Positions 9,520 to 18,830 of a stretch of 64,000 nt of DNA are shown here, piece by piece. A model generated the notes under the pieces. The model did no database searches, had not been told where the DNA came from, and was given only the letters and a program-made list of their open reading frames with translations. Numbering within the stretch: position 1 is the stretch's first letter; each line of letters opens with the position of its first letter. Source of the stretch: a virus (taxonomy: Duplodnaviria > Caudoviricetes); the IMG/VR virus record IMGVR_UViG_3300020112_001004, positions 32,001-96,000 of that record; one strand, given 5' to 3'. Made by a program: the position numbers and the translations under genes.

Positions 9520-10815
9520 ATGGTAAATTATTTTAAAATTGTAGAAATTGTAGAGGGCTTAAGAAATACTACAAAGTCAACGGAGAAATTAGCTATACTA
9601 AAAGCCAATAAAGATAATGGGATATTACAAAAAGTATTAGAATATACTTACAACCCTTATAAAAAATATAAAATAACAGAAGATACTTTTAGTAAATATA
9701 ACAGCTTCAACTGTGATTTTGAAGATATATTTGATTTATTAAATCTACTTGCTAAAAGTAATATAACCGACTATTTAAAAAATGAGGCAGTTGGGTTTGT
9801 AAATCTAGCAGACCCACGATTAAGAGATTTATTTAAGTCTATGTTGGTCAAGGACTTAAGGATTGGTTGTAATGCTAAAACAATAAACAAGGTGTGGGAA
9901 GGACTTATACCAGAGTTTGGTTGTATGTTAGCAGAGAGTATATTTAAGAATGACAATATCAAAAAAATAGAAGGAAAAGAATTTAGTATCACCACCAAAC
10001 TGGACGGCTTTAGAATCCTATGCTTTAAAGAAAATGGTGAAACAGTTTTTTACACAAGACAGGGGCAAGAGTATATAGGGCTAGTTGAAATAAAAGAAGA
10101 TTTAAAAGATATACCAGATAATATAGTTATAGATGGAGAACTATTGTTAAAGGATATACCAGAGGATATGGAGAGTGGAGATGTATATAAAGCCACTTCT
10201 AAAATAGCTCGTAAAAAAGGTGAGAAGAGAGGGCTTTGTTTAAATGCCTTCGATATTATAGATAAAGAGGGCTTTTTCAAAGGTAAAGATTGTACTCCAC
10301 ACAAAGTGAGAAGAGAGAAATTACACGAGTTCATAGAAAATAACAATTTCAAATTCTTAAAGGAAGTTAAAGAGTTGTACAGAGGCAAGGATATTGATAA
10401 AATTTATGAACTATTAGATGAAGCCAGAGAGAACGGAGAAGAAGGGATAATGGTATCTTTATCTAGTGGTGTATATGAAACCAAGAGAAGTAAACAACTA
10501 TTGAAAGTTAAGATTATGCAGACTATGGACGTAAGAGTGCTTGAAGTTTATGAGGGAGAAGGAAACTTTAAGGGTATGCTTGGTGGCGTGATATTTGAAT
10601 TTGAACATGAAGGCGCTATCCATGATTGTAATTGTGGGAGTGGATTTTCCCAAGAAGATAGAATTAGATTCTGGAACAATAGGGACGAAATATTAGATAG
10701 AATAATAGAGCTACAATATTTTGAAGTAACTCAAAACAAAGACGGTGGATATGGATTAAGATTCCCCGTATTTAAAGGTATAAGAGATGATAAGACAGAA
10801 CCAAGTTATCACTAA
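9520..10815 (+). CDS. ATP-dependent DNA ligase
   Basis: KLDGFR adenylation motif, DGEL, FDI, EGIMV, LLKVK, CGSGF, LRFPVF. Confidence 0.95.
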   Translation: MVNYFKIVEIVEGLRNTTKSTEKLAILKANKDNGILQKVLEYTYNPYKKYKITEDTFSKYNSFNCDFEDIFDLLNLLAKSNITDYLKNEAVGFVNLADPRLRDLFKSMLVKDLRIGCNAKTINKVWEGLIPEFGCMLAESIFKNDNIKKIEGKEFSITTKLDGFRILCFKENGETVFYTRQGQEYIGLVEIKEDLKDIPDNIVIDGELLLKDIPEDMESGDVYKATSKIARKKGEKRGLCLNAFDIIDKEGFFKGKDCTPHKVRREKLHEFIENNNFKFLKEVKELYRGKDIDKIYELLDEARENGEEGIMVSLSSGVYETKRSKQLLKVKIMQTMDVRVLEVYEGEGNFKGMLGGVIFEFEHEGAIHDCNCGSGFSQEDRIRFWNNRDEILDRIIELQYFEVTQNKDGGYGLRFPVFKGIRDDKTEPSYH

Positions 10816-10883
10816 AAAAAGTAACAAATTAAAATAACTTGTCTATAATATAATATAAAATAAATTACAAAGTGGGTGAATAA

Positions 10884-11540
10884 ATGGACATAGTGGTTAA
10901 AGAAATAGAGAAAAAGTTAACTTATGATTTTATATTAAATAAGCACTATGCAAAGAGGAAACCTAGTATAAGTTGGGCGTATGGATTATATATAGATAAT
11001 AATTTAGAAGGTGTATTAACCATAGGTAAACCAGCATCTAATTCACTATGTAAAGGTATATGTGGAGAAAAATATAGTAAACAGGTGTTTGAATTAAACA
11101 GGTTATGTGTTAACGAAGGATTGGAAAAAAATATATTAAGTCGATTTGTATCAAAAGTATTGAAGGATTTAAAGAAGCACAATCTAATAATAGTATCATA
11201 TGCAGATGAGGGTATGCACCATCATGGTTATATATATCAAGCTACAAATTTTATTTACACAGGAGCGACTCTTGGGAGGACAGACAAATATGTACCACGA
11301 GGTAAACACAGTAGGCACTATGATAAAGGAGACGAGTTTAGTCATCTAAGGGTTGTAAGAAGCGTGAAGCACAGATATGTATATATATGTGGAGACAAGA
11401 AATTCAAAAAAGAAATAATGCAGTGCATGAATTATAAGGAAAAACCTTATCCAAAAGGAAATAATGAAAGATATGTTTTAGGGGAAGAGCAAAAAAGATT
11501 AATATATAATAAAAAGACCCACGAGTATTATTATGATTAA
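10884..11540 (+). CDS. Mom-like DNA adenine modification enzyme (GNAT fold)
   Basis: HY, GKPAS, ELNRL, SYAD..HHGYIYQATNFIYTG motifs characteristic of the Mom family. Confidence 0.8.
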   Translation: MDIVVKEIEKKLTYDFILNKHYAKRKPSISWAYGLYIDNNLEGVLTIGKPASNSLCKGICGEKYSKQVFELNRLCVNEGLEKNILSRFVSKVLKDLKKHNLIIVSYADEGMHHHGYIYQATNFIYTGATLGRTDKYVPRGKHSRHYDKGDEFSHLRVVRSVKHRYVYICGDKKFKKEIMQCMNYKEKPYPKGNNERYVLGEEQKRLIYNKKTHEYYYD

Positions 11541-11559
11541 AAAATAAATTAAAAGGAGA

Positions 11560-11811
11560 ATGAGTATGATAGAAAAATATTTATTACAAAATTTACCAAT
11601 AAAAATGATATTAGATGACGAGATAATAGAGGCTAATTATTCTGGCTGTGATTATGAAGGAGTGTTGTTTGCAAGTGTTACCACTTATACTAGAGCAGGA
11701 ATAATAAAATGTCATGAAATCAGTGAGCTTGACTTAGTTGTACAAGAGTTGAATCAAAAACTAATAAAGAGCAACGACTTTAAATTCTTTGTAGATGGGG
11801 AGGAGATTTAG
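11560..11811 (+). CDS. Hypothetical protein
   Basis: RBS AAGGAG, 83 aa ORF. Confidence 0.6.
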   Translation: MSMIEKYLLQNLPIKMILDDEIIEANYSGCDYEGVLFASVTTYTRAGIIKCHEISELDLVVQELNQKLIKSNDFKFFVDGEEI

Positions 11812-11948
11812 TATGCTTAAGTTTTCAATTTGTGTTTTAATCTGGGTGTGGATATATAAAGAGTTGACAGAAAAGGAGGATTAAATCCTCCAATACATAT
11901 TTAATATGTACCCACTCTTTAGAGGGGTTAATTTAAAGGAGATAATAT

Positions 11949-12563
11949 ATGAAAATTGAAACTTTAGAAGTAAGTGGAATTAAAACAGCAATAAAGGGAA
12001 TGCGTAATCCGTTGAATAGTTGGCATTTATCAGATTCAGATTTAGATAATGGGATAATAGGCGAAAAGGATTTAGGGTTAGCACAAAGACTTGTCTTAGC
12101 AGGAACCGAACATGGTAAATTTATGAGACAAATTTATGTATCTTTTGATATTACAGCGCCTTTATATTTCTGGTCAGAGTTTGATACGTATCATTATAAT
12201 ACAAAAAACTCTTGCAGTACAATGCATAAATTAATGAGTAAACCAATAACACTTGATGATTTTGAGGACTGCAAAGGTAAATATTCTTTACTTAGTGATA
12301 CAATACAAGCAATAAATGTATTAATTAGAAGATATAAAGAGTCCACAGACCCAGAGATTAAAAGACAATTAAAAATAACAGCCAAATCAATTTTACCTAG
12401 TAGTTTTCTTCAAAAAAGAACAGTAAGTTCTAACTATCAAGAAATAAGAAATATTTATTTTCAAAGAAAAAATCATCAGCTTAAAGAGCTTTGGCAAGAC
12501 TGTTTCTGTGAATGGGTAAAAACATTACCATATGCAGAGGAGTTAATAATAATTAGTAAATAG
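11949..12563 (+). CDS. ThyX-like flavin-dependent thymidylate synthase family protein (phage type)
   Basis: EHGKFMRQI, APLYFWSEFDTY, NSCSTMH, LP.SF..R..NY..R..R..H pattern; canonical RHR motif absent. Confidence 0.65.
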   Translation: MKIETLEVSGIKTAIKGMRNPLNSWHLSDSDLDNGIIGEKDLGLAQRLVLAGTEHGKFMRQIYVSFDITAPLYFWSEFDTYHYNTKNSCSTMHKLMSKPITLDDFEDCKGKYSLLSDTIQAINVLIRRYKESTDPEIKRQLKITAKSILPSSFLQKRTVSSNYQEIRNIYFQRKNHQLKELWQDCFCEWVKTLPYAEELIIISK

Positions 12564-12574
12564 GGGGTGGTTAA

Positions 12575-13069
12575 ATGAGCGCAACGCCACTACAGAAAGA
12601 AGCTTTAGAATCTATTTTATGGAATGAAGAGCATATATTGCCTCTTCATTGTTTCTATATTGGTTTCTTTCTAAACAATACCAATGACGAAACAATTAAA
12701 AACACCCTTATTCAGAATAACTTAAAAGATAAAGAATACCCACAGTATTATCACTATTATTTTGACTTTAGAAAATACGGTGAATTTATATGGGATTTAA
12801 AAGATTATTTTTATTCAGCCAAATCTGAAAAGGTAGAAATGGTGGAACAGTGTGGAATAATTGGAATGGACTATATAATAAAAGAGCTTGGGTATACAAA
12901 CCACTTATCTTCTTTTGTAGACCATATGGCAAAGTTGGGATATGTATATAGTGGGAAACACATTTTCAATGTTAAGTCCACCCTAGTTTTACTACAAAAG
13001 TATTTACAAACTCACTATGAAGAGGACGTAAAAACGTATGGTGACATTCTATTAAATTTAATGTTGTAA
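12575..13069 (+). CDS. Hypothetical protein, paralog family (C-terminal YGDILLNLML)
   Basis: CFYIGFFL, IGMDYII and terminal motif. Confidence 0.8.
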   Translation: MSATPLQKEALESILWNEEHILPLHCFYIGFFLNNTNDETIKNTLIQNNLKDKEYPQYYHYYFDFRKYGEFIWDLKDYFYSAKSEKVEMVEQCGIIGMDYIIKELGYTNHLSSFVDHMAKLGYVYSGKHIFNVKSTLVLLQKYLQTHYEEDVKTYGDILLNLML

Positions 13070-13124
13070 GGTAACAAATTAAAGCAATATGATAATAATA
13101 TAATATAAGAGAGAGGAGACGCTT

Positions 13125-13316
13125 ATGGATAAAGAGTTGATGTTAACAAAATTAAAAAAACTAGAAAAGAAAAAGCTAGAAAAAAAAATGAGAGAGTTTA
13201 GGGAGGAGCTAATTGTAGCAATAGATTCTTTAGACTACCCTAAACAAAGTGAACTCTATGACAAAATAAACAACCACAGATATTTAATATATAAATTGAC
13301 ACAGGAGCTAAAATAG
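13125..13316 (+). CDS. Small hypothetical protein
   Basis: Promoter motif at 13071 and GAGGAG RBS. Confidence 0.65.
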   Translation: MDKELMLTKLKKLEKKKLEKKMREFREELIVAIDSLDYPKQSELYDKINNHRYLIYKLTQELK

Positions 13317-13517
13317 AATAAACCCAAGAGGGTGTATTCACCTTCTTGGTAACAGGAGGTGAATATCATCATAAAAGCAATACTATTAATAGTAACAGTT
13401 GTAATACTAGATGGTTTAACTATGAAACTGGTGCTACTTTTATACGAGTGGCTTAGAAAAATGGGGAAATAAATTAATTCCCCATACATAGAAATAATTT
13501 AAAAGGAGTTTTTTGAT

Positions 13518-14012
13518 ATGAAGAAAAAAGATTTAATATTTCTAAAAAAGTTAAACAATGAAATAAACAAAATAAACAATAAATATGGACAAATGGATAT
13601 TAGAATAGAGTTCTCCCAAGAGGAAAATTCAAGACTAAATATAGCAAAAATAATAGAGCAAAATATAAATGTAACACAAGACAGGGTGAGAATATCTCAA
13701 TCACACATTAAAAGCAGAGAATATACAGAATACTGCGTAGACCTAGTTTCCGTAGCACTGGATATATATGGTGGCTTAGGGTTCTTTTGGCATAAGATGA
13801 GAAAAATTGAAGGGCTGTCAAATAGGAATATAACAGCACTAAAAAGAAGAGACGAAGATAAAAATAGTAATATATACAGAGGAATGTATTTAATAACTTT
13901 GCTTCCATTAGTTGTTTGCATTTTCGCAAATGGTATCATTCAAAAAACAGGATTAATATTATCAATGATATTTTTAATAATAACCTTGGCTAGTAACAAA
14001 GGAGTTTCCTAA
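13518..14012 (+). CDS. Hypothetical membrane protein
   Basis: RBS; two C-terminal hydrophobic helices. Confidence 0.7.
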   Translation: MKKKDLIFLKKLNNEINKINNKYGQMDIRIEFSQEENSRLNIAKIIEQNINVTQDRVRISQSHIKSREYTEYCVDLVSVALDIYGGLGFFWHKMRKIEGLSNRNITALKRRDEDKNSNIYRGMYLITLLPLVVCIFANGIIQKTGLILSMIFLIITLASNKGVS

Positions 14013-14074
14013 AAAAGTAACAAATGGTATAATATTAATAATAATATAATATAAGTAAAATGGGGGTAGATAAT

Positions 14075-14767
14075 ATGGGTAAAATAGGATTTATAAGAGA
14101 AGAAGAAAACAAGAATAATGACAAGTCTAAGAAAGACGGATTAAGACTAAAGAAATTAGAAGTTGAATTTATTGGAAGAGAGAAAGAAATTGCACCAAAA
14201 AATATAGAGATATTAGAAGAAGAGATAAATAACGCAGAAGTGAAAAAGCCTAAGAAGAAGAATAGAATTAATAGGAAAATAGTGAGTGTCTTAGTGGAAA
14301 ACGGGATAGAGGAAAAGTATGCAAAAGAGATATCAAGGAGTAAAGAAGAAAGTGACAGGTTCTTAAAACTAATAGAGAACAAAAAGGAAAATGAGCTGGA
14401 AAACGGTTCAAAAATAATTAAAAGCAAATTCACAACAAGAGAAGAAGAGGAGGATAGGTTGTTCTTTTTGGACAATAGGATGGACAGGCTTAACTCAAAA
14501 TTATTTGATACAATAGGTAGATTAGAACAACCAGTAACCAATGAAATTTTAATAGACAATATTTTAAACAATAAGCCAATAATTGTTGATAAAGTTTTTG
14601 AAAAAGAAATGAAAAAGGTAAAATCAATGTTACATGAGTATAAAGAAATAGTCCAAGAGGTTATAGACATTCAAAATAAAATAGATAAAAATAAACGTTT
14701 GATAAATGTTGACGAACAAAAAAATTTATTAAAGATGTACGAGTTAGCTGTTAAAAAGTTTGAGTAA
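14075..14767 (+). CDS. Charged coiled-coil hypothetical protein
   Basis: K/E-rich ORF after promoter motif at 14017. Confidence 0.7.
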   Translation: MGKIGFIREEENKNNDKSKKDGLRLKKLEVEFIGREKEIAPKNIEILEEEINNAEVKKPKKKNRINRKIVSVLVENGIEEKYAKEISRSKEESDRFLKLIENKKENELENGSKIIKSKFTTREEEEDRLFFLDNRMDRLNSKLFDTIGRLEQPVTNEILIDNILNNKPIIVDKVFEKEMKKVKSMLHEYKEIVQEVIDIQNKIDKNKRLINVDEQKNLLKMYELAVKKFE

Positions 14768-14841
14768 TGGGAGGTTTCCTCCCGATACATATTTATTATG
14801 TACCCACTCTTAGAGGGGTTAATTTAAAAGGGGAATGTGAT

Positions 14842-15078
14842 ATGAGTAAAAAAGAAATTATAAAAGAGTTAAAAGAGTTTATAGAAGAGATAAATGACGC
14901 TTCAAAAATATTAAGGAGAAAATATGGCTTAAGAGAAGCAAGAGCTTATATATCAGAAGTTTTTATGGACTTGTGTTTTGATATCGTTCACTTAGGTTTA
15001 GAAGGTGAAATATCTATTACAAGAGATTTTAGTGAAACTAGAATAATATTAAAGTGTTCTGAGGAAGTAGATGAGTAA
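14842..15078 (+). CDS. Hypothetical protein
   Basis: AAGGGG RBS after leader element; ATG 14842. Confidence 0.65.
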   Translation: MSKKEIIKELKEFIEEINDASKILRRKYGLREARAYISEVFMDLCFDIVHLGLEGEISITRDFSETRIILKCSEEVDE

Positions 15079-15080
15079 TC

Positions 15081-15518
15081 ATGGACGTGAAGTATACTAT
15101 TATAAGTAATACACTACAATCCTATACTAATATAATTGGGGAGCTTTGGGTAATAGGATATCTTTTAAAATATAAAAAAATTAATGAACTAAAGAATGAC
15201 TACGAACTACAAAGTGTAAACGGATTCAAACCAACAGTTTCTACGATATTAAATTTAAATGATTGGAGATATCTGGACACAGTTAATCATGGAATGTTTG
15301 GCAGAGATGGAGAGGATTATAAAGCAATATATAATGATTTAACGGATTATGGTATTAGATACATTTTTAGCAATTTTAAAAGAGATGAACTTGAGGGGTT
15401 TTTTAGAGACTTTTATAGTGGGCTTAGATTTCATAAAACAATATGTCAAAGAATAATAAACTATATAGAGAACAATAAGGAAAAATACCCAGATATTTTT
15501 CTTGAGTTGAAATTATAA
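15081..15518 (+). CDS. Hypothetical protein, paralog family (C-terminal YPDIFLELKL)
   Basis: LWVIGYLLKY, YGIRYIF and terminal motif. Confidence 0.75.
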   Translation: MDVKYTIISNTLQSYTNIIGELWVIGYLLKYKKINELKNDYELQSVNGFKPTVSTILNLNDWRYLDTVNHGMFGRDGEDYKAIYNDLTDYGIRYIFSNFKRDELEGFFRDFYSGLRFHKTICQRIINYIENNKEKYPDIFLELKL

Positions 15519-15534
15519 GAAAGTGGGGAAACAA

Positions 15535-16311
15535 ATGGCGAATAAGTATTATGCTGTTAGGAGCATTGATGGGAGAAAAGTGAGACAGATTTTTGAAGAT
15601 TGGGAAGATTGTAGAGTTTATGTAAAAGGTCATAAGGCAGAGTATAAAGGCTTTAAACTATTAGGCGATGCCGAGGAATATTTAGAGGAAGAAAGCGAGT
15701 TAAAAATATTCGACCCTAATGTTCATTTTAAAAAAACAATAATGTGCTATGTTGATGGGAGTTATGATGCAAAGACCGATAGGTACAGCTATGGAATAGT
15801 GATGATGTTAGGCAATACATGTATAGATATGATTACTAGGGTATTTGAAACAAACACTGGTGAAAGGAATATTCTAGGGGAACTAGAAGGAGCATTGTCA
15901 GCAGTAAGAATCGCTAAAAATAAATATAACGCTAACAAAACGGTGGTCGTTCATGATTATTTAGGCATTCAAAATTATATAACAGGAGAATGGAAACCTA
16001 AATCAGATTCTGCCAGAGAATATAAAAAGAAAATGGAAAACCTAATGAAAAAAATTCATGTTAAATTTAGATGGGTTAAGGGACATGAGTGCGAATGTTT
16101 AGGTAACGAGTTAGCAGATGTGTTAGCAAAAAGTTGTTTAGGTATTAAATACACCTTATTACCAGTAAATAAGATATTGGGAGAAAACAATTTAATAATT
16201 AGGAACAATGTTTTACCTACAGTAGTTAAGTTAGGGTTAACCAAAGTGGAGCTAGACAAAGAGGAGATTATACAAGAATATTTAAAGGGACAGGAAGAAA
16301 ACGAGGAATAA
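15535..16311 (+). CDS. rnhA: Ribonuclease H1 with N-terminal hybrid-binding (viroplasmin-like) domain
   Basis: KYYAV..W.DC...V.G..YKGF N-domain; YVDGSY, GELEG, HDY.G, WVKGH..GNELAD. Confidence 0.9.
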   Translation: MANKYYAVRSIDGRKVRQIFEDWEDCRVYVKGHKAEYKGFKLLGDAEEYLEEESELKIFDPNVHFKKTIMCYVDGSYDAKTDRYSYGIVMMLGNTCIDMITRVFETNTGERNILGELEGALSAVRIAKNKYNANKTVVVHDYLGIQNYITGEWKPKSDSAREYKKKMENLMKKIHVKFRWVKGHECECLGNELADVLAKSCLGIKYTLLPVNKILGENNLIIRNNVLPTVVKLGLTKVELDKEEIIQEYLKGQEENEE

Positions 16312-16392
16312 AAAGATTGATAGAACAGGAGGGTTTTCCTCCTATTACATAACTCACTAAGGTGGGTAATAATATATTAAGGAGTGTTGTAA

Positions 16393-18378
16393 ATGAGCAA
16401 TCAAGTAGCAAGAGAATTAGATGACAGAAGTCAAGCAAGAGAAAGAATAGAAGTATTTTTTGGTTCAAGAGAACAATTTGAGCATGGATTGAAAGAATGT
16501 TTGGCTAACGCCAGTGATGAAATAAATAATAATTTTGACAACGGGGTTGTTGTTGTGAAACTATCAGACGACCTCAAAACAATATCAGTATCTGATACTG
16601 GAAGAGGTATTAATATAGAAGATGTAAATGAAGTAGGGAAGCCATATTACGATATATATTTTAGAACACTTTTTGGAGGAACTAAATTTGATAAAAGTCC
16701 AGATTCAAAAAATATAGGGGCTAACGGTTGTGGGACTTGCTGTCTGAATTATACAAGTGATTATTTTAGTGTAGAATCTATAAGAAATGGCAAAAAATAT
16801 ACTGTGACATTTGAAAATGGTGGAATATTAAAAGAACCAATGAAGATTGAAGATTGTGAAGGGCATGGTTCTACATTTACATTTAAATTAGACCCAACTA
16901 TTTATACTAATACAATTTATAATCCAGAAAGTGTAAAAGCAATAATTTCAAAAGTGTCTGGAGTTAATAATAAAATATTGTATAAATTTATACACCGAAA
17001 CGAGGAAATGGAGTTTCATTATTCTTCTTTTGAGGAATATTATATAAGTGAGTATGGAGAGGAAAATAAAATAGGGTTAACAACTAAAAATTATAAAACA
17101 GAATATGATAAGGAAGTTAAACAATTTGATGAAGAAACATTGACTTGGAACACAAAAACAGTGCACGTAATAGAAGATACCGAGATAACATGTATCTTAG
17201 GAATAAGAAAAGAGGGAGTAAACCAAGACGGGTATTTAAATGGTAATTATCTTCCTTTAGGTGGTACGATAAATGACGGTGTGTTAGAAGGGGTTGCTGA
17301 ATTTACCAACAAGTATTGTAAAGACAATGCGTTATATAAAAAAACCGACAAGGGTATAAGAAGTAAAAATTTAGAATCTATATTAAGCTTTGCCGTGTCA
17401 TTGAGTAATAGCATACCAGAGTTCCAATCTCAAACTAAGTTGCGTACTGAAAAGAAATTGTATAAAACTCTAGTAAAAGATTATATAAAAGAAAAGTTGC
17501 AAATTTTTTCATTAGAAAACCAAGCAAGTTTTAACAAATTTGTGGAAACAATTCTTATATTTAACCGTGCAAATGAAAAAGCGAGTGCAGTGTTATCTGA
17601 CGTTAAAAAGAGATTAGAAAAAGAATTAACAGCGAAAGAAAGAATAGCTATAAAGAATTATATGTCAGCTATAAACGACGAAGGAGACGCAGACCTTTAT
17701 GTCGTTGAAGGAGGTTCAGCCGGTGGTGGTGTTATATCTGCCAGACTGAAAGAATCCCAAGCAATATTTTCAATCAAAGGTAAATCGTTAAATGTTTCCA
17801 AGAAAGATATAACTAAAATATTAAAAAATGAAGAAATTATGAATCTGTTTACTCTATTAGGATGTGGAATAGAATATAATGGTAAGAAAGCTAAAAATAT
17901 GCCAGTTTTTAATATAGATAAATTAAGATTTAGATATATATACTTGTTTGCAGATTCCGACGAAGATGGCAAAGCAGTTAGAACATTACTTGTAAACGTG
18001 TTTAATACTTTAGCCCCAGAACTAATAAAACAGGGGAGGGTAAGAGTGGTATATGCTCCATTATATATTTATAGCACTAAAGAGAAAGATTATTATATAT
18101 ACGACGAGAAAGACAAAGGTGAGTTAGAGGATAAATTAAAAAACGATGGAGTTAGATACACCAGAAAAAGATTTAAAGGAATAGGTTCATTAAATTCTAG
18201 GGAATTGCACGAGAGCACAATGAACAATCCCAATAGACCAGAAGTTGTTTTGACTTTAGAAGATGCTGAAAAGACCAACGAGTTATTGGATAATTGGTTT
18301 ACTGACGGAGGTTTACAATACAGAAAAGATTCTATCATAAAATATGCCAAAGAATTTAAAATTTCTGATTTAGAATAA
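16393..18378 (+). CDS. Type IIA topoisomerase subunit B (GyrB/ParE-like)
   Basis: ECLANASDE, DTGRGI, GANGCG (GHKL), FQSQTK, VEGGSAGG, ADSDEDG (TOPRIM), RFKGIG. Confidence 0.93.
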   Translation: MSNQVARELDDRSQARERIEVFFGSREQFEHGLKECLANASDEINNNFDNGVVVVKLSDDLKTISVSDTGRGINIEDVNEVGKPYYDIYFRTLFGGTKFDKSPDSKNIGANGCGTCCLNYTSDYFSVESIRNGKKYTVTFENGGILKEPMKIEDCEGHGSTFTFKLDPTIYTNTIYNPESVKAIISKVSGVNNKILYKFIHRNEEMEFHYSSFEEYYISEYGEENKIGLTTKNYKTEYDKEVKQFDEETLTWNTKTVHVIEDTEITCILGIRKEGVNQDGYLNGNYLPLGGTINDGVLEGVAEFTNKYCKDNALYKKTDKGIRSKNLESILSFAVSLSNSIPEFQSQTKLRTEKKLYKTLVKDYIKEKLQIFSLENQASFNKFVETILIFNRANEKASAVLSDVKKRLEKELTAKERIAIKNYMSAINDEGDADLYVVEGGSAGGGVISARLKESQAIFSIKGKSLNVSKKDITKILKNEEIMNLFTLLGCGIEYNGKKAKNMPVFNIDKLRFRYIYLFADSDEDGKAVRTLLVNVFNTLAPELIKQGRVRVVYAPLYIYSTKEKDYYIYDEKDKGELEDKLKNDGVRYTRKRFKGIGSLNSRELHESTMNNPNRPEVVLTLEDAEKTNELLDNWFTDGGLQYRKDSIIKYAKEFKISDLE

Positions 18379-18406
18379 TATAAAGATTAAGCAATAATGC
18401 GACTTG

Positions 18407-18440
18407 TAGAGAGTGTAGACCACTCTCTATTCTTTTTTAT
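18407..18440 (+). terminator. Intrinsic terminator after topoisomerase B subunit
   Basis: TAGAGAGTG-TAGAC-CACTCTCTA followed by TTCTTTTTT. Confidence 0.75.
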
Positions 18441-18538
18441 TTTGGGTGATTAATAAGTGATAAATGCGTCATTAAAAGTAACAATTTAAAACGAGTTGAT
18501 AATAATATAATATAAAATAAAATTAGGAGTGTGGAGAA

Positions 18539-18802
18539 GTGAAAAAACTAAAATATGCATTAATTGCTGGTATTGGCATTTGTGTTGGCTTAGGTATTGG
18601 AATCGGAGTTGGTATGATGACTGGAGGAAAAGTCTATAAAGAACACAAAGAAGAAAACAGAGATGGGGTTATATATTCAATAGACGAGTATAGCTATTTC
18701 TCTAAAGATGGTAATTGGTCTAAACATGTCTATGAAGAAGTGAAAGATGAAAATAGTGTTAAGATATTATATGACAAAATAACCACCGAAGAGAAAGAGT
18801 GA
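18539..18802 (+). CDS. Small membrane-anchored/secreted protein
   Basis: N-terminal KK plus Gly-rich hydrophobic helix. Confidence 0.7.
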   Translation: MKKLKYALIAGIGICVGLGIGIGVGMMTGGKVYKEHKEENRDGVIYSIDEYSYFSKDGNWSKHVYEEVKDENSVKILYDKITTEEKE

Positions 18803-18830
18803 ATGTAGATTTAAATATGGGGGTGTTAAT

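Noticed and set aside
14035-14670. Long antisense ORFs such as this 211-aa one and others opposite real genes
   Set aside because: Shadow frames of K/E-rich sense genes with no RBS or motifs.
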